Position numbers and translations under genes: made by a program. From positions 2,064-66,063 of the forward strand of contig JAFTQJ010000017.1 in assembly GCA_017462785.1 (NCBI GenBank): 64,000 bases of DNA. Reading direction: 5' to 3'. Under the pieces are notes generated by a model, which saw only the letters and a list, made by a program, of their open reading frames with translations, did no database searches and was not told the origin of the DNA. This stretch comes from Oscillospiraceae bacterium. GTDB taxonomy: Bacteria; Bacillota; Clostridia; Oscillospirales; Ruminococcaceae. Positions 56,197-62,971 of the stretch are shown one piece after another. Numbering within the stretch: the first letter of the stretch is position 1; each line of letters opens with the position of its first letter.

Positions 56197-57120
56197 TTAG
56201 CTCCTTTCTATCAATCTCAGCTTTGCACTGCGGCTTCTGTGGTTCTGTTCGAGTTCTTCATCGCATGCCGTCACAGGCTTGCGTACCACAAGTGTTCCCT
56301 TTGGCTTTTTACCGCAGACGCACTGCGGAAAATCCGGCGGGCAGGTGCAGCCGCTGCACCACTTTGCAAATTGCTGCTTGACGATGCGATCCTCCAGTGA
56401 ATGGAACGTGATCACCGCAAGCCTTCCGCCCGGTCTGAGGCACTCGAATGCCGCATCCAGACCGTTTCTCAGATGCCCGAACTCGTCATTGACGGCGATT
56501 CTGATCGCCTGAAATGTTTTCTTGCAGGGGTTCTTGTCCCTGCGGAATTTCTGCGGTATGGAGGCTCGGACGATGTCAGCGAGCTGTCCTGTGCGGGTGA
56601 TCGGCTCGGTTTCCCTTGCCTTCACGATATTTGCCGCAATCTTACCGGCGAATTTCTCCTCGCCGTAATCCCGCAGAATCCTTGCCAGCTCCTGTTCGGG
56701 CCAAGTGCCGACAATGTCCTGTGCACTGACTCCCGTCTGGCTCATCCGCATATCCAGCGGTGCATCGGCATGGTACGAAAATCCACGCTCTGCTTCATCG
56801 AGCTGATGGGAAGAAACGCCCAGATCCATCAGGATCCCGTCCACTTCTGCGATCCCCAGCCCATCGAGAGCCTCCCGCATCTGTGAATAATTGCAGTGCA
56901 CCACCGTTGCCGGAAGTCCACGCAGGCGTTCTGTGGCAGCCTGTACCGCATCCGGATCCCTGTCGAGTCCGATGAGTCTGCCGCCCTCTGTCAGTCTTGA
57001 GGCAATTTCATAGGAGTGCCCCGCACCTCCGACCGTACCGTCCACATAAATGCCGTCCGGTCTGATCGCCAGTCCCTCAATGGTTTCCTGCAAAAGTACA
57101 GGAATATGTACAAAATCCAT
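56197..57120 (-). CDS. rsmH: 16S rRNA (cytosine1402-N4)-methyltransferase
   Basis: HIPVLLQETIEGL, YVDGTVGGAGHS and DLGVSSHQLD motifs are present. I set the start at ATG 57120 (MDFVHIPVLL), 6 nt after AAGGAGG. Confidence 0.9.
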   Translation of the reverse strand: MDFVHIPVLLQETIEGLAIRPDGIYVDGTVGGAGHSYEIASRLTEGGRLIGLDRDPDAVQAATERLRGLPATVVHCNYSQMREALDGLGIAEVDGILMDLGVSSHQLDEAERGFSYHADAPLDMRMSQTGVSAQDIVGTWPEQELARILRDYGEEKFAGKIAANIVKARETEPITRTGQLADIVRASIPQKFRRDKNPCKKTFQAIRIAVNDEFGHLRNGLDAAFECLRPGGRLAVITFHSLEDRIVKQQFAKWCSGCTCPPDFPQCVCGKKPKGTLVVRKPVTACDEELEQNHRSRSAKLRLIERS

Positions 57121-57131
57121 AATCTGCCTCC

Positions 57132-57575
57132 TTACAGGCAAAGTGTATCAAGCTGAGGAACCGATTTCGGATCGAATGATTCGTTCACTCTTTCCCATCT
57201 GTCACGTTCCCAGATCTCCGCTTTTCTTCCCGCACCAATGATGACCACATCCTTTTCCAGCGTAGCATAATCACGCAGGGGCTGCGGAATCAGGATTCTT
57301 CCCTGCTTGTCCGCCGTGATCTCAGAAGCTCCTGAAAACAGCCAGCGACGCAGGCTCTCGCCGCTCGGTCCCGGCAGTGCCGCAACCTGAGAGCAGATCT
57401 CCTTCCAGTGATCCGTTGTGTAAACTGACAGATACTTGTCTCCCGTACCCCGTACCACCCAGAAGGTGTCACCGAGTACTTCTCGCAGTTTTGCAGGAAA
57501 ATTCATGCGTCCCTTGCCATCCACATTATGATAGTATGAACCGGTCATGCCGTCGATGTCAATGCACATATCCAT
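57132..57575 (-). CDS. mraZ: transcriptional regulator MraZ
   Basis: It has two SpoVT/AbrB-like halves: NVDGKGRMNFPAKLRE and ADKQGRILIPQPLRD. The start is uncertain among ATG 57575, 57569 (6 nt after AGGAA) and 57548 (MTGSYYHNVD, which aligns best with other MraZ N-termini). Confidence 0.85.
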   Translation of the reverse strand: MDMCIDIDGMTGSYYHNVDGKGRMNFPAKLREVLGDTFWVVRGTGDKYLSVYTTDHWKEICSQVAALPGPSGESLRRWLFSGASEITADKQGRILIPQPLRDYATLEKDVVIIGAGRKAEIWERDRWERVNESFDPKSVPQLDTLCL

Positions 57576-57728
57576 TTCCTGTTCACCGCCCGTCCTTTTG
57601 TTCTTCGTTGTTGTCTTTTGTTCTGTTCTTTTTTCTCTGTGTTTTCTCTTTTTATCTTGCAGCTTACGGGGGGCATGCGGCTGATCCGGTGCATTTTTGC
57701 TTCCGAAAGGGAAGCTCAGGCACTGTGA

Positions 57729-57764
57729 ACCACTTTTACACCGCTTTTAACCACCATTCACCAC
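57729..57764 (-). promoter_or_regulatory. predicted MraZ operator: four GTGGT-type direct repeats at 10-11 bp phasing
   Basis: Minus strand immediately after the -10 reads agaaatGTGGTgaatgGTGGTtaaaagcGGTGTaaaaGTGGTtcac. On the plus strand the boxes are ACCAC at 57729, 57750 and 57760, and ACACC at 57738. Confidence 0.55.
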
Positions 57765-57770
57765 ATTTCT

Positions 57771-57800
57771 ATTATATCACAGGGAACCGCTTCTTTTCAA
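57771..57800 (-). promoter_or_regulatory. sigma-70 promoter of the dcw (mraZ) operon
   Basis: Minus strand reads TTGAAA, an 18-nt spacer ending in TGA, then TATAAT (extended -10). It lies about 200 nt upstream of mraZ. Confidence 0.65.
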
Positions 57801-57915
57801 CCGTCTTTTTGCACAAAGTTTGTGCATATTTTTTGTTTGTTTTTAACAGCAGTGCTGAGAACGGGGGACGGGGGGACATTTTTGGACGGATCCGGAGGAT
57901 TTCCGGCTGTGTGGA

Positions 57916-57944
57916 TTGCAATTTTTTGGGGGATGTGCTATAAT
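57916..57944 (+). promoter_or_regulatory. strong plus-strand sigma-70 promoter, divergent from the mraZ promoter (distal promoter of the glycosyltransferase gene, or of a short RNA)
   Basis: TTGCAA (57916-57921), a 17-nt spacer ending in TGC, then TATAAT (57939-57944). Confidence 0.55.
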
Positions 57945-58101
57945 AGAGGTGTTCTGTAAGATGAGGAGTTATGTGAAAGCTTCTCCCTCCGAGGTTTGTA
58001 ACAGTATAGCACAAATATGTCGATAAGTCAACATTTTTGCTTCATCTTCGGAAAAGAGATGAAGAAAAGCGGCAAAATGGTGAAAAATTCTGTTAAGTGA
58101 A

Positions 58102-58133
58102 CTAGGGAGTGTTGACACTAGGGAGTGTTGACA
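58102..58133 (+). repeat. perfect 16-bp tandem duplication (CTAGGGAGTGTTGACA x2)
   Basis: 58102-58117 and 58118-58133 are identical, followed by a partial third unit (cta). Each unit carries a TTGACA box. Confidence 0.9.
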
Positions 58134-58140
58134 CTAAAAT
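58112..58140 (+). promoter_or_regulatory. proximal sigma-70 promoter for the glycosyltransferase gene
   Basis: TTGACA of the first repeat unit (58112-58117), then a 17-nt spacer, then TAAAAT (58135-58140). The spacer is the second repeat unit. Confidence 0.55.
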
Positions 58141-58300
58141 AATACGCAGATTTTCAAGCAAAAATTTGATGCAGGCAAGGCGAAAAGGTGCAGGCAGGCT
58201 GTCGCCTGTCAAACCTTTTCAACGCAGGATGCGTGAAATTTTGCCGAAAAGATGCGTTGTTAGGCTTAGTGTCAACACGACCTATAAGAAAGGAGCAAAA

Positions 58301-59842
58301 ATGAAACAATCAGACCAAACACAGCCCTTTGCAGAAGCGGTGCGGAGCTTTCCGAAAAGGCATCCGTACCTGTGCACTGCGGTGCTTTGCCTTTCCTGCA
58401 TCCTGCTCTATCCGCAAACGCAGTCGGCTGAACAGCTGCCGTTCCTGCTCCATGCACAGAGCTGGATGCTCGTGATGATCCCCCTGCTCATCGTCCTCGG
58501 CATCTTCCTTTTATATAAAGGTAAGCTCACGGACGGGAGGACAGCACTGCTCCTCATTGCAGCCGGCTTCTGCATGCGGCTTGCCTATGTGATCGCAACG
58601 CCCTACTACATCCGGCAGCACGATGTCGGAAGATTTGACGGCGATGATGGTCACGCCGCCTACATTACCTATTTATATGAGCACATGCATCTGCCGGATT
58701 TTGATGTGCGTGAGGTCTGGCAGTTCTACCACCCTCCCCTGCACCACAGCATTGCCGCCCTCTGGATGCGGCTGCTGACCGGCTGCGGCATCCCTTTCGA
58801 GCATGCCGGAGAAAGTGTTCAGCTCCTGACGCTCTCCTATTCCTGCCTGACACTGGTGCTCTTCTGGCAGATACTGCGGCATTTTCAGCTCAAGGGGCTG
58901 GCGATGGCGGTACCGCTTGCTGTGATGGCATTCCACCCGACCTTCATCATCCTCGCCGGAAGTGTGAACAATGACATGCTCTGCATCACCCTGATGCTTG
59001 CCTCCGTCCTGCTCACGCTCCGCTGGTTCAGGGAGCCGAAGCTTTCCACGATCCTGAAGCTCGCACTGACCATCGGACTCGGCATGATGGCGAAGCTCTC
59101 CGCATGGATGACCGCACCTGCGGCTGCGGCGGCGTTCCTTGTGATTCTGTACCGGAACCGAAAGGCTCCCCTCCCCTATCTGAAGCAGTTTGTACTGTTC
59201 GGTATCGTCTGTGTGCCGCTTGGACTCTGGTGGGGCATCCGCAATCTGCTGCGGTGGGGAGTTCCCATTGCCTATGTGCCGATGCTCTCCGACAACAGCT
59301 CGCAGTTTGTGGGGAACATCCCGTTCTGGCGGCGGCTGTTTGATTTCTCCGCACAGCAATGGACGTATGTCTATGACTGCTTTAAAATGTATGGGCAGAG
59401 CTATGATGAATTCAACCCCCTCATGGGTCTGCTGAAAACGGCGATGTTTGACGAGCTGATCAATCCGGAATATTATCCGGCAATTGCAGGCTTCGGGGAG
59501 CTGCTGTTTTTCAGTCAGGTGCTGCTCTGTCTGCTGGCGGCGGCGGCAATGACCGCAGTATGCCGGAAACACACGGAGCTGATTGGCGGCATGGAGAAGG
59601 TACAGCTCTGCATGACCTTCGGCATCACGCTCATCAGCTATTACAGCTTCTGCCTTGCCTTTGCACATGTCTGCACACAGAACATCCGCTATGCAACGCC
59701 CCTCATCTTCATCAGCTGTCTGTTCCTCGGACTGTGGATGCAGCAGCTGCCGGAAAAATCCCCTCTGCGGAAAGTGATCTGCGGTGCGGCGGTGCTGTTT
59801 GCGGCGGCAAGCTATATTGTTTATGATGTGGTTTGCGGATAA
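58301..59842 (+). CDS. polytopic GT-C fold glycosyltransferase (GT39 / PMT_2 / ArnT-like)
   Basis: I set the start at ATG 58301 (MKQSDQTQPF) after AAAGGAG. It has roughly 12 predicted transmembrane helices by eye. The first extracytoplasmic loop reads YYIRQHDVGRFDGDDGHAAYITYLYEH...FYHPPLHH, which resembles phospholipid-carrier-dependent glycosyltransferases. The family call is tentative. Confidence 0.5.
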   Translation: MKQSDQTQPFAEAVRSFPKRHPYLCTAVLCLSCILLYPQTQSAEQLPFLLHAQSWMLVMIPLLIVLGIFLLYKGKLTDGRTALLLIAAGFCMRLAYVIATPYYIRQHDVGRFDGDDGHAAYITYLYEHMHLPDFDVREVWQFYHPPLHHSIAALWMRLLTGCGIPFEHAGESVQLLTLSYSCLTLVLFWQILRHFQLKGLAMAVPLAVMAFHPTFIILAGSVNNDMLCITLMLASVLLTLRWFREPKLSTILKLALTIGLGMMAKLSAWMTAPAAAAAFLVILYRNRKAPLPYLKQFVLFGIVCVPLGLWWGIRNLLRWGVPIAYVPMLSDNSSQFVGNIPFWRRLFDFSAQQWTYVYDCFKMYGQSYDEFNPLMGLLKTAMFDELINPEYYPAIAGFGELLFFSQVLLCLLAAAAMTAVCRKHTELIGGMEKVQLCMTFGITLISYYSFCLAFAHVCTQNIRYATPLIFISCLFLGLWMQQLPEKSPLRKVICGAAVLFAAASYIVYDVVCG

Positions 59843-59855
59843 TATCAGGCTTTTT

Positions 59856-59886
59856 CCCTCTGCTTTCGGGCGGAGGGGAATTTTTT
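59856..59886 (+). terminator. intrinsic terminator after the glycosyltransferase gene
   Basis: CCCTCTGC-tttcgg-GCGGAGGG (8 bp with one G-U pair) followed by GAATTTTTT. Confidence 0.7.
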
Positions 59887-59907
59887 AGATAAATTTGTTG
59901 TTTTTTA

Positions 59908-59936
59908 TTGACAGACCCGTCTGTAAAAAGTATAAT
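59908..59936 (+). promoter_or_regulatory. perfect consensus sigma-70 promoter for the tandem-HEPN gene
   Basis: TTGACA (59908-59913), a 17-nt spacer, then TATAAT (59931-59936). Confidence 0.7.
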
Positions 59937-59969
59937 ATATATAGTATTTCATTTTTGGAGGACAATAAT

Positions 59970-61316
59970 ATGGAGCTTTGCACAGAATTCTTAATTCATA
60001 TTGACAAGCGTGGTGGAATCGCAACTACGGATGATTCATTCAAAAATCTTCTTATGTCAAACAGTGATATAAAAATCATAAACAAACACATTGACTATCA
60101 AGGCAAGAAATACAGCTTCGCCATGCAATCTGGTGATATCCAAGACATGGAAGTAAGATTTTATCACATTTTCATTAAACTTGAATTAAAGATCGAAGAA
60201 GAACAGAATTGTTTTGAAGATGAAAAATTCAAATCGTACCAAAAGCTTTTGACAGCAGTCAAACAAATTTTCTATGGCAAAGGAACAAGAGATGATGGAC
60301 GCATGTTGCTGGAGAATAACGCAGTCAGCTTTGAAATACTTTGGGATGATGTTAGTCTACTTTGTTCGCAAAAAGCTTATCCTTTGATTTACAAAATTGA
60401 GAATCTCATGCGAAAGCTTATCACAAAATTCATGCTGGTAAATATCGGAACAGAGTGGGAAACCCGTAATATTCCGGATGCAATGAAAAATGGCAAAATC
60501 AAGATGAAAACAAATGCAAGGGAAACCGGATATTTATACCAGCGAGATTTTATCGAACTTTCTGATTATCTATTTAAAGCGTATCCTATGAAGCGTTGCA
60601 GCATCAATGATTTAATGGAAACCAAAGACGCACCTGAATCTATTCCTTATGAAAAATTGAAAGACTATTTTCTTATTTCCAATTGGGATAGATATTTCAA
60701 ATCTATTCTTGACGTAGATAGTGAAAAACTTAAAAAACAATGGAAAGAATTATATGATTTACGATGTGATATTGCACATAACAATCTATTTTCACTTTCA
60801 AATTACAATCAAGTTGTAAAACTTACGGACGAACTGACACCTAAAATTCAGGCTGCAATCGAAAAACTGGATGAAATTCAAATTGACTCTGAAGATCGTG
60901 AACGAGTGTTTGAAGCAAATGCATCACCAGAGGAATTAGTTGGTATTTTCCTTAGAATGTACAATAATCTATTCAACATTCTACTTGATTTAGCAGCTGG
61001 CTACTCATTTCTCGTATCAATTCCACGGATAGGACGATTTCACAGCATACTTCACATACTCGAAATTTTACGAGCAAATGGATATGAAACGTCAGATGAA
61101 GCATTCAAAGAATTAAAAGGAGTTACTTATCTACGCAATAAGCTTACACATTCTTCCCAATATTGGGATTATAACCCTTCTTTCATATCAGGTCATATAT
61201 ATATAATAAAAAAGTGGATTGATTTTTTCGAATCTGAGGCAAGAAAATATCATGAATTATGTATATTAAACGAAACCGATTATTCAAATACAGATGATGC
61301 CATACCCCAAGATTAA
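59970..61316 (+). CDS. hypothetical protein with two HEPN-type Rx4H motifs (Swt1-like HEPN plus a second HEPN-like domain)
   Basis: I set the start at ATG 59970 (MELCTEFLIH), 8 nt after GGAGG, giving 448 aa. R265-x4-H270 (LYDLRCDIAHNNLFS; nt 60762-60779) is preceded by YKIENLMRKLITKFMLVNIGTEW. R389-x4-H394 lies in GVTYLRNKLTHSS (nt 61134-61151). The whole gene is strongly AT-rich relative to its flanks. Confidence 0.6.
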   Translation: MELCTEFLIHIDKRGGIATTDDSFKNLLMSNSDIKIINKHIDYQGKKYSFAMQSGDIQDMEVRFYHIFIKLELKIEEEQNCFEDEKFKSYQKLLTAVKQIFYGKGTRDDGRMLLENNAVSFEILWDDVSLLCSQKAYPLIYKIENLMRKLITKFMLVNIGTEWETRNIPDAMKNGKIKMKTNARETGYLYQRDFIELSDYLFKAYPMKRCSINDLMETKDAPESIPYEKLKDYFLISNWDRYFKSILDVDSEKLKKQWKELYDLRCDIAHNNLFSLSNYNQVVKLTDELTPKIQAAIEKLDEIQIDSEDRERVFEANASPEELVGIFLRMYNNLFNILLDLAAGYSFLVSIPRIGRFHSILHILEILRANGYETSDEAFKELKGVTYLRNKLTHSSQYWDYNPSFISGHIYIIKKWIDFFESEARKYHELCILNETDYSNTDDAIPQD

Positions 61317-61356
61317 ATCCGTCATATTAAACAGGTATACGAGTCTATTCAACAGC

Positions 61357-61397
61357 AAAAACGGCAAACCTCACAAATTGTTTGCCGTTTTCATTTT
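61357..61397 (+). terminator. intrinsic terminator after the tandem-HEPN gene
   Basis: AAAACGGCAAAC-ctcacaaatt-GTTTGCCGTTTT followed by CATTTT. Confidence 0.85.
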
Positions 61398-61402
61398 ACC
61401 CC

Positions 61403-61431
61403 TTGACAAAGTAGCAAAAGTATACTATAAT
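61403..61431 (+). promoter_or_regulatory. perfect consensus sigma-70 promoter (distal pduL promoter)
   Basis: TTGACA (61403-61408), a 17-nt spacer, then TATAAT (61426-61431). Confidence 0.65.
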
Positions 61432-61439
61432 AGAATCAT

Positions 61440-61464
61440 TGTTAGTATCAATTAGATACTAACA
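61440..61464 (+). promoter_or_regulatory. perfect 10-bp inverted repeat at the predicted transcription start (candidate operator)
   Basis: TGTTAGTATC-aatta-GATACTAACA begins 9 nt after the -10 of the 61403 promoter. Confidence 0.45.
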
Positions 61465-61515
61465 GTACAGACAATTTCCAAGGATGAACATTTCCGACAA
61501 AATTCTCCAAACCCC

Positions 61516-61544
61516 TTGACGATTCCCCAAAAAAGTAGTACAAT
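61516..61544 (+). promoter_or_regulatory. proximal sigma-70 promoter for pduL
   Basis: TTGACG (61516-61521), a 17-nt spacer, then TACAAT (61539-61544). It shares the ACCCCTTGAC...AAAAGTA context with the distal promoter. Confidence 0.55.
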
Positions 61545-61622
61545 GAAAATAATACAGTGCATCCGCACTGCAAATATGTACTGCTTTCCATAAAAGGAGA
61601 GCTGGATTTTGGAGGAAATAGC

Positions 61623-62201
61623 ATGTCTAAGAAGTTCATCATTGAAACATCCGCACGTCACCTGCATGTAACTCAGGAGGATCTGGAGATCCTGTTCGGC
61701 AAGGGTGCAACACTGACACACAAGAAGGATCTGTCCCAGCCGGGTCAGTTCGCTTGCGAAGAGCGTGTCACTGTTGTAGGCCCCAAGAAGGAGCTGGCTG
61801 GCGTTTCCATTCTCGGTCCGGTACGTCCGGAAACACAGGTTGAGCTGTCCGCTACGGATGCACGTTCCATCGGTATCGCTGCTCCCATCCGTGAGTCCGG
61901 CGATGTGGCTGGTTCCGGTGCCTGTAAGCTGGTTGGTCCCTGCGGTGAGGTAGAGCTGAAGCAGGGCGTGATCGTGGCAAAGCGTCACATCCATCTGACC
62001 CCTGAGGATGCTGAAGAGCTGGGTGTTGTGGATAAGGAAGTTGTCTGGGTCAAGTGTGACACAGACGGCAGAAAGGCAATTCTGGGCGATGTAGTGTGCC
62101 GTGTATCCAAGAACTACGCAAGAGCAATGCACATCGACACAGACGAATCCAACGCAATCGGTGCAGGCCGTGAGCTGGAGGGCGAGATCATCAAGCTGTA
62201 A
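61623..62201 (+). CDS. pduL: phosphate propanoyltransferase / phosphate acyltransferase PduL
   Basis: I set the start at ATG 61623 (MSKKFIIETSARHLHVTQEDL) after GGAGG. It has the duplicated PduL repeats SARH.H and AKRHIHL, plus HIDTDESNA. Confidence 0.85.
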   Translation: MSKKFIIETSARHLHVTQEDLEILFGKGATLTHKKDLSQPGQFACEERVTVVGPKKELAGVSILGPVRPETQVELSATDARSIGIAAPIRESGDVAGSGACKLVGPCGEVELKQGVIVAKRHIHLTPEDAEELGVVDKEVVWVKCDTDGRKAILGDVVCRVSKNYARAMHIDTDESNAIGAGRELEGEIIKL

Positions 62202-62226
62202 GATCTCATTGTTGATACATGCAGTT

Positions 62227-62258
62227 TTCGGGCAGTCACACGATTGCCCGAATTTTGT
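62227..62258 (+). terminator. intrinsic terminator after pduL
   Basis: TTCGGGCA-gtcacacgat-TGCCCGAA followed by TTTTGT. Confidence 0.75.
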
Positions 62259-62326
62259 ATCATGGATATGCCAATACTATCACTGCCGTTTGTCCGACAA
62301 CCCGAATCTTTTCGAGAGGTGATCGT

Positions 62327-62971
62327 ATGAATCAAGCATTGAACAACTGGAAGAATACATTGGAAGCACTCCCCTCCCTGCCCGTTTCCGTACTCAGGGA
62401 CGGTAAGACCGCACTTGTGATCGTGGATATGATCAACGGCTTTCTGACGGAGGGACCGTTTGCAAGCCCCCGTTCCGCATCCGTTCTGCCCGCAGTGGAA
62501 AAGCTGCTGTGCTTTGCCAAGGAAAACGCCATTCCGGCGGCGGCATTCGCAGACTGTCACAAGCCGGATTCCATTGAATTTCAGGCGTTTCCGCCGCACT
62601 GCCTTGCAGGTACGAGTGAATCTGAAATTGCTCCCTCCCTCTGTGAGATCGGCGGTTTCACACGCATTGAAAAGAATTCTACCAATGGTTTTCTGACCGA
62701 GGGCTTTCAGGAATTCCTCGCAGCAAATCCGGATTGTGAGCGTTTTGTCGTATGCGGTGTATGCACGGACATCTGTGTGATGCAGTTTGCACTCGCCCTC
62801 AAATGCTACGCCAACCAGCAGAACCGTCCGCTGGAGGTCATCGTTCCGGTGAATGCTGTGGAAACCTACGATGCACCGGCTCACAATGCCGACCTGATGC
62901 AGACGATGGCATTGCAGATGCTTGCCAATGCCGGCATCACACTTGTAAGGGAGGCGGAATATGATGACTGA
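62327..62971 (+). CDS. pncA: isochorismatase-family cysteine hydrolase, probable nicotinamidase
   Basis: I set the start at ATG 62327 (MNQALNNWKN) after GAGAGG. It has VIVDMINGF (Asp), a conserved Lys region, and VCGVCTDICV (nucleophile Cys). Its stop overlaps the pncB start, which supports a role in NAD salvage. Confidence 0.7.
   Translation: MNQALNNWKNTLEALPSLPVSVLRDGKTALVIVDMINGFLTEGPFASPRSASVLPAVEKLLCFAKENAIPAAAFADCHKPDSIEFQAFPPHCLAGTSESEIAPSLCEIGGFTRIEKNSTNGFLTEGFQEFLAANPDCERFVVCGVCTDICVMQFALALKCYANQQNRPLEVIVPVNAVETYDAPAHNADLMQTMALQMLANAGITLVREAEYDD

Noticed and set aside
57961-58026. 21-codon ORF (MRSYVKASPSEVCNSIAQICR) downstream of the 57916 promoter, considered as a micropeptide gene.
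   Set aside because: The only Shine-Dalgarno-like element (AGAGG, 57945-57949) lies upstream of the predicted transcription start, so the ORF would lack a ribosome-binding site. I keep it only as an alternative within the intergenic-region finding.
61452-62132. 226-aa minus-strand ORF overlapping pduL and its promoter region.
   Set aside because: It lies antisense to a clear PduL coding sequence, has no recognisable motifs and ends in the AT-rich promoter region.
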